Shown here one piece after another: positions 25,905 to 39,071 of a stretch of 64,000 nucleotides of DNA. Every line of letters starts with the position of its first letter. Positions within the stretch are counted from its first letter, which is position 1. This DNA comes from Octopus vulgaris (Eukaryota): positions 16,740,001 to 16,804,000 of the forward strand of contig OX597816.1 in assembly GCA_951406725.2 (NCBI GenBank). Direction: 5' to 3'. The position numbers were made by a program, and so were the translations under genes. Below the pieces are notes generated by a model, which was given only the letters and a program-made list of their open reading frames with translations, had not been told where the DNA came from and searched no databases.

Positions 25905-26175
25905 TATATGTACAGGAATAAAAGTAGACATTAACAGCTATTTTCATATATAACAGAGTTTAAATAAATTGAAAACAGCATATCTTAAACGTATAAATTA
26001 ATTTAAAGTACAAATTAAAAAGCATGCAGTATGTTATAAGCAGAAACTGAACAGTTATTAATTAGAAGAAAAGGAAAGGAAAATCACAGAATATTATTTA
26101 AGCATAATTTCTTTTAAGTTTCACATAACACAAACAAATACTGTTTATTTTTTCCAGTATAGAAGTCAGCAATAT

Positions 26176-26586
26176 TCTTTTATTCTTTTATATGTTTCAG
26201 TCATTTGACTGTGGCCATGCTGGAGCACCACCTTTAGTCAAACAAATCGACCCCAGGAATTATTCTTTGTAAGCATAGTACTTATTCGATCCATCACTTT
26301 TGTCAAACTGCTAAGTTATGAGGACATAAACACACCAATATTGGTTGTCAAGCAATGGTGGAGGGACAAACACAGACACACAAACATATATGTATGTATG
26401 TATATATATATATATATATATGTACAACAAGCTTCTTTTAGTTTCTGTCTACCAAACCTACTCACCAGGCTTTAGCTGGCCCGAGGCTATAGTAGAAGAC
26501 ACTTGCCCAAAGTGCCATTCAGTGGGACTGAACCTGGAACCATGTGGTTGAGAAGCAAGCTTCATACCACACATGCACCACACCTG
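26176..26586 (-). mobile_element. SINE family A, older copy
   Basis: Same head, body and tail motifs. Confidence 0.9.
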
Positions 26587-29500
26587 TTCCCATGAATGTA
26601 CATAGTGTAAACATGCAAACATTGTCATCTTTCTAATTCCTGCAGTATTTCACATGGAAATTTTGGTCTTGGTTTACAAGTTGGCTTGCTTTTTTTTTTT
26701 TTTTTTTTTTGCTGTAAATTTTGGTAAAAAAATTTTTACCTGTTTGCCAGAAAATATGGTATGTATTTGATTAGAAATGAACAAAAATATATATGTACAT
26801 ATATATGTAAGAATTTAGAAAACAGTCCAAAAAAACATAATATTTACCTGCCATATGGACCTAATGGACCACAATCAACAACATGTTTACTTTTTGTCCA
26901 TGGTCTTGTATCAAACACTGGTGACAACCAAACTTCGAGGTTGATTACTGTGTACTTAATGTTTTCTTTACATGACTTCCAACCCATTCTGAAAGAGAGA
27001 AATTATGAAATTTACTATTTAATAACTGAGCTCTTTTTCTGCTAAATATCTTATATCTTTTTTTGAAGAAACAGCGTAGTTTCAATTTATGGAAAGCTAA
27101 TTCCTAATTAACCTGTCACGTTAATCAACTTTGGTTCTGTTTTTTTTTTTTTCTTTCGTAGAATATTGCCAAACATTGTAAATTGGTTGAGGAATGAAAA
27201 AAATAAATAAATAAAAACCATTGTATAAAGCAGAACAACAAATCATAGCAAAGACATCAGGTCAGATAATGTGCAAACGAGCAACCAAAAAAAAAAAAAA
27301 ATGTGTCATGAAAAAGTATTCCCATAACGACATTAACTTAAAGACATTTCATTGGTCATCAGAAGTATTTTTTTCAGAATTATAAACAGACTAGTGGCCA
27401 GAAAAGTTAATTGTTCATTTAGCAAGTCAGTTTTAAATTGTTTTTACACATTCATCATCCTTAATTTTGATTATTCTGACAAAGATGGTTTTTACTTCTA
27501 TTTTGACATAATGCAAAAAAACTACCAAGAGTTTTTTTTTTTTTAAATAAAAATTGATGTTAAATTTGATATACAACAAATGATAAACCAGGTCTCTTTA
27601 ATACAACTACAACATGATAACAAATATAGAAGCTGCTTTAATATCAAAATGTATTGCTTAATAGCTACGAGTGTCCATTTCTTTGAAGGACCAGTTTAAC
27701 TGAAAACACAAATATTTCGGTAGAGATGATATCTGAATAAAATTATCACAGTGGTTGGATGTGTAAATTTTAACATATGGATAGATGATAGAAGATATAA
27801 CTTTCATTAACTATTAAATAACTTAAAATTATGCAATATTAATTATATACTTTTTCAGTTTTCTTTGTGAAGGATTACTCAGTAATGCAACTTTATAATT
27901 AAGTTAAATCTTTTCCTTCGTGAACTAAATACTACAGTCATTCTTGCATAAATACATGCTATGTTTACTCCTCATTAAATAAAAACTAATTTAGAAAATC
28001 TGATAAGAATATATTAATCTCTACTTATTTTAAAAGAAATAGTTTCTCTTTTGCATATAATTTTTCATAAAAACACTTGTCAATTATTCAAATAGTTTTC
28101 CAAAATATTCATTTGACTTATATTAACTAAACTGGAGACTTCTTTACTTTAATGTTCTAAGTTTCTGTTGGCTCTGAGCCATTATGAAAACAGTTTTATC
28201 ATATAAAATACTTGTAAGTATGGAAAAAGCAACTTCTATCCAAAAAAAAAACTATAGGCAGCATTCAACAACTTTCTCTTAAGAGATTTTTAAAAAGTGC
28301 AGATAACCTAATTAATTACTCCAAACTAATAAGGATTAATGAACCTTTGAAGAGAAAATAACTATTATTGACAAAGATAGCCCTTAACAAATTAACTAAG
28401 TAAGCAGGTTACACTATTCTTTGCTACATATAAAACAGATTACATTTTCCAAAAGTTTGAGAATAATTCTTCTGAAAACTATTGTTTATTATTTACAATT
28501 TTCTATAATTTAGATGTGTGTATGTGACTGATTTTCTCTTTTTTAAAAACTATATGTAACACAAACAATATTGTTAATTCATACGTATTGGTTCACTATA
28601 AATTATATTCGTCTTTAGCATATATTTTCAAGGAAGTACATATGGTTGATTTAATAAATCTTCAATTTCTTTTTCCCAATGTTTTTCATTGCATGCTTTC
28701 TAATTATTGATCCAACAACAAGCATTGTTCTCATTTCCCACTTCAGATATTTCTATTCTAATGTTTGTCATTACTTAAATAAGTTCTTATTTATTTTTCT
28801 GGTTAATTCTTTACTTTTGAATAACTCAATATAAATATGAAAATAATTCTTAAATATTAACCACAATCTAACAAGAAAGAAAGCAGAAAACATAAAATAT
28901 AGAGCCATGCATTTCTGACAACATTTAAATCAAGTAAATGTGTTGAATTTTACTGTTGAGAAATTGCATCTCCTTGGATACAAACATTGGCAGTTACCAT
29001 GTAAATAAATCCAATTATTCAAAATACAAGAAATATTTTAGGATTCAAAGCTATTAAAATTTTAGCTTACATTTCAGTTTTTCTTTTCTTAATCAAAAAC
29101 CTTTGTTTGCAGATAGATTTATGAAGAAATTGATAAAATCCCAAACCATACAAGAAAATCAAGAGTCAGAAAACCTTTCGGAAAGCAATTAAATTGAAGA
29201 ATAAGTCATCTGAATAACAAGGTTTATATTTCAAATTGATAAGCAACAAAGTAAAAATACAAGATTATGAATTCTATTAACTTTATTTTGGATATACAAA
29301 TCAAAAGCAGGTTCTGGAATGATAACATAATGAACTAAAGCACGGTCTGTTTCTTTTCTTCATCTATCCCCTCTCCCTCTCTGTCTTCCTCTCTCTCTCT
29401 CCCTCACTGTCTTGCTCTCTCTCTCTCTCTTTTTCCCCCTCATTGTTTGGATTTAAACAACCCTGTTAGGCAGTCATATTGAGAGATACATTTGTGGATT

Positions 29501-30174
29501 AGTGATGACCTGATCATGAGTTCAATATTTTGTCTTTAGCACCGAAGCCAATGTCTTACAATGAAAGGTCATGCTAACCTGTCCAATATGAGTGAAAAGT
29601 AGGCGCTCTCCCTGACATCAGAATTATTAGCAGTAGGAAACTAACCCCACTGTAAAAATAATTGCTTTGCTAACATATACATACACATATACACACACAA
29701 ATGCAGATAGAAAATGTAAGTATAACACCAAAACAGAAAAGAAATGGTGTAGGATGCATATTAAGGAGATAACAGTAAAAATAATAGAAAAAGGCAGGCA
29801 ACACTAATAAAATTGAAATTTTGCGATATGGAGCTTCAATGGAATGGAGATTAGCTTTTATAAAATGCTCATAGGCATTTCAGGTGATTTGCAAATTTCT
29901 AATCTGTTATTTATAAAAAGTAGGAGAAAGTCATAAGTTATTATTTTTTTTTATGTAAGGAAAATAGAAAAGCATCTAAAGAAATACAGTATTCAGATGA
30001 TCTGCAGGTTGCTCTAGTTGTGTAATGTGGTCATGACAGACTGATTGCTTACAAATGATGAAGCACAAAAAGAACCTTATATTCCAACAAAACTGTTTCA
30101 AGACGATAATTGAAATGCAGAAGATAAAGAGAAGAACCATACTAGAGATTATAAAAAAATTTGGGGTTATTGAG

Positions 30175-30650
30175 AATAAAGCAGCAAGATGCCAGAATCA
30201 TTAGGGCAACTGACAAGATGCTTAGCAGCATATCTTCAGGTGTTTCATGTTCTGAATTTAAATCCTGCCAGTGTCAACTCTGTCATTCATAATTCTGAGT
30301 TCAATAAAATAAAGTACCAGTCAAGTTCCTTCTCGAGCCATGCCAGGCTCATAAGGGCCGGTTTCCCGGTTTCGGTGGCGTTGAAATTCCTCACCTGGAT
30401 GGGACGCCAGTCCGTCGCAGGATTACTAATTTTTGCCAGCTGAGTAGACTGGAGCAATGTAAAATGAAGTGTTTTGCTCAAGAATACAACGTGTCACCCA
30501 GTCCAGGAATCGAAACTACAACCTTACGATCATGAATTCAACACCCCAACAACTAAGCCACGTGCCTCCACACCAGTCAAGTACTGGGGTGTGATGTAAT
30601 TGACTTGCTCCTTCCTGCTAAAACTGCTGGGCTCCTGTCAAAATTAGAAT
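30175..30650 (+). mobile_element. Decayed SINE family B interrupted by a family C SINE
   Basis: GCCAGAATCATTAG head..AATAAAATAAAGTACCAGTCAAGT | insert | ACCAGTCAAGTACTGGGGT..AATTGACTTG. Confidence 0.7.
30327..30571 (-). mobile_element. tRNA-derived SINE family C with 11-bp TSD
   Basis: Minus head GGAGGCACGTGGCTTAG..GTTTCGATTCCTGG; TSD ACCAGTCAAGT at 30316-30326 and 30572-30582. Confidence 0.85.
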
Positions 30651-30655
30651 TTTTG

Positions 30656-31063
30656 ATTCTTTCTTTTATTCTTTTACTTGTTTCAGTCATTTGACTGCGG
30701 CCATGCAGGAGCACCGCCTTTAGTCGAGCAAATCGACCCCGGGACTTATTCTTTGTAAGCCCAGTACTTATTCTATCGGTCTCTTTTGCCGAACCGCTAA
30801 GTGACGGGGACGTAAACACACTAGCATCAGTTGTCAAGCAATGCTAGGGGGACAAACACAGACATACACACACACACATACATATATATATACATATATA
30901 TGACAGGCTTCTTTCAGTTTCTGTCTACCAAATCCACTCACAAGGCATTGATCGGCCTGGGGCTATAGCAGAAGACACTTGCCCAAGATGCCACGCAGTG
31001 GGTTTGAACCCGGAACCATGTGGTTGCTTAGCAAGCTACTTACCACACAGCCACTCCTGCGCC
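30656..31063 (-). mobile_element. SINE family A, full length
   Basis: Near-identical to 18834-19230. Confidence 0.95.
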
Positions 31064-31434
31064 TATTGTGAGTAAAAGACAAATGAGGTAATATAGGATA
31101 GGGAGACAAAGGAAAACATAGTCTGAGACAAACTCGTCTAATTAATGAACGTCAAAAAGAAAGAAACATTGAACTGATGACAGTGACAATAATTTCCAAC
31201 TGATTTCCAGGAAAAATATTAAAACCTAAATCTAAACCTGCAAAAATGTCTATGCACAGATCAAATCCAACATCATACCACCTCTAAAAGAAAGAAAAGA
31301 AAAAAACATTGCATATTGTTGTATTTAGGAATAGTCATTTTGCCAGTTTAACCAATAAAAACACACGCACTATATATTTGGTGTTACTTTGCTTCAGCGT
31401 TATTCATTTTTTACATTAATCTTAATCTTATTTC

Positions 31435-31479
31435 GGCCAGAGTTCTTTCGTCACACTCCTGTGACCTCATCAGTGATCC
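31435..31479 (-). ncRNA. Minimal type I hammerhead ribozyme motif
   Basis: GGAUCA-CUGAUGA-G-GUCAC aggagu GUGAC-GAAA-G-aa-CUC-UGGCC. Confidence 0.65.
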
Positions 31480-31727
31480 TTTGCTTTCTTCTTTCTTATT
31501 TGTGTGTCTCTCCTTACTAACGGTCAGCCTTTTTGTATTTTGTATTCCTATTGAATGTGTCTTCATTTGCGCATGCATATACCTCTATGTGTGTCTATGT
31601 TTAGTTAGTTTCTTTTTACATTAATCTTAATCTTATTTCGGCCAGAGTTCTTTTGTCACACTATAGAAATACAAAATGGCTGACAGTTAGTAAGAAGAGA
31701 CACACAAATAAAAAAGAAGAAAGCAAA

Positions 31728-31772
31728 GGACCACTGATGAGGTCACAGAAGTGTGACGCAATAACTCTGGCT
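31728..31772 (+). ncRNA. Mutated hammerhead motif in the opposite arm
   Basis: GGACCA-CUGAUGA-G-GUCAC agaagu GUGAC-GCAA (GAAA changed to GCAA)-UAACUC-UGGCU. Confidence 0.5.
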
Positions 31773-32029
31773 GAAATAAGATTAAGATTAATGTAAAAAA
31801 TACATAACACTGAAGCAAAGTAACACCAAATATATGGTATGTGTGTTTTTATTGGCTAAACTGGCAAAATGACCATTCCTAAATACAATATCTGTTTCAA
31901 CACACGATTTCACATCAAAAATCTTGCAAAACAAATATATATATACATTGCAGTTCGGATCATCAATTCTAATAGAAAATTCCAAATAACAAAGATGCAA
32001 AGATTAAATAAAATTTTCTCTTCCATCTA

Positions 32030-32428
32030 TTTCTTTTACTCTTTTACTTGTTTCAGTCATTTGACTGTGGCCATGCTGGAGCACCACCTTTAGTCAAGCA
32101 AATCGACCCCAGGACTTATTCTTTGTAAGCCTAGTACTTATTCTATTGATCTCTTTTGCTGAACCACTAAGTTACAGGAATGTAAACACACTAGCATTGG
32201 TTGTCAAGCAATGTTGGGGCGACAAACACAGATACACAAACATACACACACACACACATATATACGACAGGCTTCCTTCAGTTTCCATCTACCAAATCCA
32301 TTCACAAAGCTTTGGTTGGGCCGAGGCTATAGTAGAAGACACTTGCCCAAGGTGCCATGCAGTGGGACTGAACCTAGAACCATGTAGTTTGTAAGCAAGC
32401 TATTTACCACACAGCCACTCCTATGCTT
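32030..32428 (-). mobile_element. SINE family A
   Basis: Same motifs as 907-1324. Confidence 0.9.
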
Positions 32429-33283
32429 ACTCTTGAAAAAAAAATTGAAATTGATGATATTAACACAATATGGTGATAGCAAATTTTGTACAAAGGAAGC
32501 ATAGTTGAAATTGAAAACCATAATGCATCAATATTCATATATTTGTTTATTCTCGGTCAGATGTGTATTTTAAAATAACAGAAATAATGATTACTCTTGC
32601 TTTCAAGAATTTTTCCCCTCTGTCGAGTATGAATAAAGCAAAGAGTAGGAAAACTAAGATTTGTAATAAAAATTGGTTACCTGATCAGTGAAAAATATAT
32701 ACAAAGTGGCAGAAAACTGTTAATAATACTTTTTTTATAGAAACGATAAGTAGAGATATATTTTCTTTGCATAATTAAACAAAGATAATATTGAGAATAT
32801 AATAAAGATATAGTGTTTGAACTATCTCGGTTAAATTTCCTTAAAAATAAAAAATAAAAATATATATATATTTTTTAATGTAAAATAAAACACTATTTTT
32901 TTAGAAATAATATTTATCACAAGACAGAAAAGTATTGATTTTTTTTATATTTCATTGATATCAGTTTCTTAATGGCTGATTTGAAAAACAATGTAAATGA
33001 AATAGGATTTCAAAACCTCAAACAGAAAGCAAATCATATGCAGAAGTATGATAAAAGCAACAATAGTGGTGATAATACTTTGATTTCAATCAGGAACAAG
33101 GATTTGTGTGTGTGTGAGTGAGTGAGTGAGTGTGTGTGTGTGTGCGTGTGTGTGTGCGCGCGTGGGTGTGTTTTTGCGTGTGTATGTATGGGATTGCATG
33201 AGTGTGTATGGTAGGAGAGTAATAATCCTTTGACTAGATTTTGGAATCCATATTCTCTAAGAGAGCTGAGGAAGCACGCTCAA

Positions 33284-33673
33284 TCTATATATATAAAGCT
33301 GAAGTTGTCTGTGTGTGGCAGGTTTGGTAGCCTTCAACTAACACAATCTCCTCCAAGACCCTGCGGCACAAGTTGACCAAAATTGAAAGTATTATAGAAG
33401 AAGGCTTGCTCTTCATTCCGTAGAAGATAAAATTCAAACCGGACCATGTTAACACCAAAAATTATTTACATCCAAAAGGTGCTTTTTTTCTATGAAAACC
33501 CCTATTTTTTTACAATGTTTGGCTGCTGTGTCACCATTTTTTGGTGTATTTCAACCAGAAAAATGCCCACTTAAAGAGAATAACAAGCTAAATAATGCAA
33601 AATTTATACTTTCCAAAAGTTCCAATTCTAAAGGGTCAAAACAAACCTGAGCAACGCCAGGCGATACTGCTAG
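33284..33673 (+). mobile_element. Non-autonomous Helitron (390 bp)
   Basis: A|TCTATATATATAAAG 5' end; 3' hairpin-like CCTGAGCAACGCCAGG then CTAG|T; no TSD; second copy at 40818-41216. Confidence 0.9.
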
Positions 33674-34255
33674 TATAATATACAGATACATGAAGAATCA
33701 TGCTACACAAATGTCAGTGCTTTGTATAGTAAAACAGTAAATCAAAGATTGTAATAAATGTCAAAGAAATCCAGGAAATTTCTCTGACCATTATGAAACA
33801 TAGAATATGTTGTATTATAAGTGGAAGCCACATAGTGTATTTGATTGATATAAAAATCAAAAACCGAGACATGACAATATACACAAACATCACTTTTAGC
33901 TGAATACAGTCTAAGTTCAGACTAGTAATGATACAGAATCAAGATAGGGTGCCCATATATGCAGAAATTGTGTACGATAATCTAAGATTATAATAATTCT
34001 TAAAACATTATCTTCAGTCTACTTTAGCCCCAAATAACTGCTGTTTTTCTGTACATTGGGACATTGGTCATACAGCTGAAATGCCACTGTATACAGTTAA
34101 ACTCTGGACTACATTCATAAAAAGAGCATCTGTTTTATAGAAAGTTCTCTAATTAGCAATATTGTTTCAAACAAACTTCTACTATAAATAGTAAAAATAT
34201 GAGATAGGATACATGGCTGAAATTGGTCTGTGAACTTGGAAATTCACCATCTCCA

Positions 34256-34926
34256 TGGCAAGCCAAATGAGACCATATACTCGTGGCCTGTGCCAGGGGC
34301 GTAACCAGCCCACTTATGCATACCTTTTCCTTCTTTGGACACTAAAACTCTGCTTGCGAAGACCTGTTGAGGCAAGTGAAATCAAAATCAAAATCAAATT
34401 CGATGACTGGCATCCGTGCTAGCAGGGCGCAAAGAGCACCATATGAGTGTGATCATTGACAGAGCGGCTAACCGGCTTCCGTGCCAGTGGCACTTAAAAG
34501 GCACCATTCAAGTGTGATCGTTACCAGTGTCGCCTTACTGGCACTCAAGCCCCATGCTAGTAGGGTGTTAAGAGCACCATCCGAGCGCGATCGTTGCCAG
34601 AGCGGTTATCTGGCCTCCATGCCGGTGGCACATAAAAGACACCATTCAAGCATGATCGTTACCAGTATCGCCTAACTGGCACCCGCGGAATGTGTAAAAG
34701 ATTTGAGCGAGGTCGTTACCAGTGCCGCCTGACTGGCCCCGTGCTGGTGGCATGTAAAAGCACCCACTACACTCTCGGAGTGGTTGGCGTTAGGAAGGGC
34801 ATCCAGCTGTAGAAACTCTGCCAGATCAAGATTGAAGCCTGGTGCAGCCATCTGGTTCGCCAGCCCTTAGTCAAAATCGTCCAACCCATGCTAGCATGGA
34901 AAGTGGACGTTATATGATGATGATGA
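34256..34926 (+). mobile_element. RTE LINE 3' fragment with internally repeated 3' UTR, flanked by a 93-bp direct repeat
   Basis: Repeated GCACCATTCAAG.GTGATCGTTACCAG units, standard tail and (GAT)n; flanks 34163-34255 and 34927-35019 match. Confidence 0.85.
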
Positions 34927-35535
34927 TGTTTCAGACACACTTCTACTATAAATTATAAAAATATGAGATAGGAGACATGACTGAAATTGGTCTGTGAACT
35001 TGGAGATTCCCCATTTCCACATAATCCATATTATCTTACCAACTTCTCATTCTCTTATCACACACTCAATCTCTAAATTTTGCACAATTCTTCCTCTACA
35101 GTTACTCTGTAGTAGTCTTTATGGAACCCTCACTTCAATTACATGTATGCCTAAACAACTGACCTTTAAAAAGTTTAAACGGATCATATCAAATTAATTT
35201 TATCCACCTAAGAAAATCTGAAAAGGCTAGATTATAAAAAAATATCTATGCTATAAATAACAGAAAAACAGGAAGTAAAAAACTGTATAAAATTACAGTG
35301 AGAAAACTGAAATGGAATTGTAAAAAGAATACAAAAGGTTGCCATAGGTGTCAGTGTTTTCAGAATATTAACATTATTTCAATGTTACTATACTGAAAAC
35401 ACTGGATACTTTGTTAATACTTATCATTTTATATGTTGATATTAATGTTTATTGTTTTTTTTTTATTGAATATGTATTTTGAAACATGCTGGTTTTTTTG
35501 CTCTGTCTTCAGTGATGAATACAAACATAAGAGCA

Positions 35536-35597
<62 letters not shown>

Positions 35598-35817
35598 TAA
35601 TAATCTTTTCTACTCTAGGCACAAGACCCAGGATTTTGTGGGGTGGGCTAGTCGATTAGATCGACTCCAGTATGCAACTGGTACTTAATTTATCAACCCT
35701 GAAAGGGTGAAAGGCAAGGTCGACCTTGGCAGAATTTGAACTTAGAACGTAAAAACAGATGGAATGCTGCTGAGCACTTCGTCTGGTGTGCTAACGTTTC
35801 TGCCAGCTCACTGCCTT
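35536..35817 (-). mobile_element. SINE family B with long (TTA)n tail
   Basis: (AAT)n 35536-35603 then reverse complement of the family B body and head (CTAACGTTTCTGCCAGCTC). Confidence 0.85.
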
Positions 35818-35829
35818 GGGTGAAAACGA

Positions 35830-37088
35830 TGGTAGTGGGTATAGATACCTAAGGATTTTGAAGCTAGATGACATTTTACACAGAGAAATGAAAGTCAAGG
35901 GCAGTGAAGCATATGAAAAAAGGGTGAAGATGGTGTTAAAATCCAACCTAAATGCCAAAATTTTGATTACCACAATGAATATCTGGGCAGTTGTGGTGGT
36001 CAGATATAGTGTGTCACTCCTCAAATGGATTAAGATGGAAATATCAACACTGGATAGAAGAATGAGAAAGTTGATGACGCTGCATGGGGTGCTACACTCT
36101 AAAGCAAATGTAAATAGACTGCATATGAAAAGAAAGAATGGTGGCAGAGATCAAATTAGTATAAAATATCGTATAAGGAGTGAAAGGAGAACGTTTGTCG
36201 AGTATCTGATAGTGATGAAGACCTGCTGCAATATGCCACGAAAGATATGGGTGTAAATGCAGAGGAAATGATAGGCAGGGAAGAGTTTAACCAAAGAGCT
36301 GAGAAGAGAAAAGAAGACCTTCTTTAAATGAGAATGCATGGACAGTTTGAAAGGAATACACAAGACGTTAAGGATAATACAGCATCGGGGGCATGGCTTA
36401 CATGAGGTGATTTGAAGCATACCACAGAAAGCCTGATCATTCCTGCACAAGACCAGGCTCTACAAAACTGCTACAAAACTTCTGATACCCAGAACTGCAG
36501 ACTCTGTGGAAAGAGTGTGGAAAATGTGACCCACTTGGCAAGTGGATGTGAGAGCCTTGCACTAAAAGAATAGAAGTGCTGCCACAATATTGTATTATTA
36601 TGCCGTAAATACCACTATGAAGTAACAGAGAACTGGTATGAGCATGTACCAAATAAACTTATGCAGGAGGATGGAAAAGTAACAATATTCTGGGACTATG
36701 ATTTTTACGATGGATCGTGTAATTGAGCACTGTCGGCTGGATATTGCCATACTGAATAAGAGAGATAAGTATTGTCAGATCATTGATGTAGCCATACCAA
36801 ATGACATGAATGTTGTGAGTAAAGAGGTTGAAAATATCACCAAGTTCTCCAAATTGGAAGTGGAAATGGCAAGACTGTATGGAATGAGAGAAAGTAATGT
36901 AAAAGTGATATCAGTGGTGATCAGAACGTTGGGGTCAATCCCATTGAAGGCAACTGGAAATCCCATGCAAGATTGAGGCCTTGCAAAACACAGCCTTACT
37001 GAATGCAATGCACGTCTTAAGGAAAATTATCTGTCTGAGGTCCTTGTTTTGACTTGACCTACAGTTTTACCTACAGTGTGTTACAAAG

Positions 37089-37131
<43 letters not shown>
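35830..37131 (+). mobile_element. 5'-truncated, decayed R4/Dong-like non-LTR retrotransposon (RT thumb, CCHC knuckle, restriction-like endonuclease)
   Basis: YRYL..LKSNLNAK..RYS..LDRRMRKLMT..RLHMKRKNGGR (ORF 35816-36256); CRLCGKSVENVTHLASGC (about 36496-36550); RLDIAIL..IIDVAIP (ORF 36698-36976, RPD-like motif); ends in (TAA)n. Confidence 0.85.
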
Positions 37132-37132
<1 letters not shown>

Positions 37133-37310
37133 GTTTCAAGTTTTGCCAGAAGGGCAGCAGTTTTGGGGGAGGGTGAGTTGATTACATTGACCCCAGTGTT
37201 TCACTGGTATTAACTTCATTGACTCTGAAAGGATAAAAAGCAAAATTGACCTTGGCAGAATTTGAACTTAGAACATAGCAGCAGATGAAATACCACTAAA
37301 CATATCTCCC
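37132..37310 (-). mobile_element. SINE family B, abutting the LINE tail through a shared (AAT)n tract
   Basis: GAAAGGATAAAAAGCAAAATTGACCTTGGCAGAATTTGAACT; further decayed copies follow to about 37760. Confidence 0.8.
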
Positions 37311-37873
37311 TGTGCGAAATACTGTTAGACATTCTGTCCAAAGCTCTAACAATCTTATGAGCTTACCACCTAAACCATAATAATAATAATATTAATTCTA
37401 TTAAATTTTGGCAGCAATTTTGAAAGGCGGGTGCAAGTCAGTTACCCCAATTGCAGTAATTATCCGGTATGTTATTTTATCGACTTCTGAGGGATGAAAG
37501 GGGAAGTTGATCGTGGCACAATTGGAACTCAGAATGTAGAGCCAAATTAAATGCTGCTTAGCATTTTGTCAGATGGTCTACCAATTCTGTGAACTCACTG
37601 ACCTAATTACAGCAGGATAATATAATTATGCTAATTAAAAGTTCTTTATTTGCCACAATTTCAATAATGAGAGATTGCAAAAAAAGCAAAGAACAAGTAA
37701 AGTACCAGTCAAATACTGGAGTTGATGTAAACAACTTGTCCCCTTCCCCTCAAAATTGCTACGGATTGGCATCCTGTTCAGGAGAAAGTTGTGGTCTTGG
37801 TCACATGGGTAATTGGTTTTGTCTACCTTAGGGCTTAAGTAAAATAGAAAAAAAACATAATACTGTGCATTCT

Positions 37874-38096
37874 TATTTCTTTATTGCCCACAAGGGGCTA
37901 AATATAGAGGAGACAAACAAGGACAGACAAAAGGATTACATCGACCCCAGTGCATAAGTGGTACTTATTTAATGAACCCCGAAAAGATGAAAGGCAAAGT
38001 CGACCTTGGCGGAATTTGAACTCAGAACATAGCAGCAGAAGAAATACCACTAAGCATTTCATCCAGCGTGCTAATGATTCTGCCAGTTCGCCACCT
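37874..38096 (-). mobile_element. SINE family B with 16-bp TSD
   Basis: TSD TAATACTGTGCATTCT at 37858-37873 and 38097-38112. Confidence 0.9.
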
Positions 38097-39071
38097 TAAT
38101 ACTGTGCATTCTGGTGAATGGCTCAACTTATTCCTCACAAGTATTATTGTTCTACAACATTTTATATAAAGACCCAATCACCTTATATATACATTTTTGA
38201 ACTAGAACAATATTTAGTCCAGGTGCAAGAGGCTCTTACAAATGAACTACATTTCTTGGTGTTTACTAATGTATTTATAATTGTTGTTATTATGTTGTTT
38301 TGTTCTTTATACATGCTGTTTTTATTTCCATCAAAAAAAAAAAAATCTTTAGAAAATGTAATTTACTGCTTTAATGAGAAAACTCTTCATGCTAGAACGG
38401 CAGCTGTATTGTTATCACTATGATGGCTGTCGTGGCTTGCTCCTACCGCTCCTTCCCACTTAAATGTCACACTTGTTGAAAATTGTAATAAAACAACTGT
38501 CTGCTAACTGCAGACAAGGTGGAAAATAATTATTCCTCCATTAATTACTGGAAACACTGAGATTTTTTAAGTCCCTTTTTTTTCAATGATTTGATCTTAA
38601 ACAACAATAACAATAAAAATTTCAATTTTTCTCACTTAGAAAAATAGTTTGAAATAAGGTGCATTAATGGCTTATGAAAAAGGTAGTCCAGAGATGATGA
38701 CAACTGCAGATACAAAGAAGGAAATGTTCAGGTAAAATCAAATGAGAAATTCATAAAAAAAAAAGCCTTGTCGTTACAGAAAATGTTTCGATGGTAATTC
38801 TATCTCCATTCCATTTATATTAGGCATCAATAACCCTAACTGACATATTAAACACTACTGCAATGAATATAAGCACTATGGTAGGACAATCACTTGTCTT
38901 CTGCACTTGGGGGACCATAAACTAGAAACACTGCTGCAGAAAGTACATGGGTTTACAAAAGAAACTTCTAGAATATTTGGGTTTGAAACATGCTATCGAA
39001 GAGAAAATTTAGAACATTAATATCATACTATATAAAGAAACAGTATCAATAAAACTACAATATATACATAT

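Larger units (their letters stand above)
31314..31890. mobile_element. Foldback element made of inverted Penelope-like pseudo-LTRs (arms about 230 bp)
   Basis: 31319-31550 is the reverse complement of 31663-31888; a hammerhead core lies in each arm; 31612-31662 repeats 31408-31457; second family member at 62169-62936. Confidence 0.8.
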
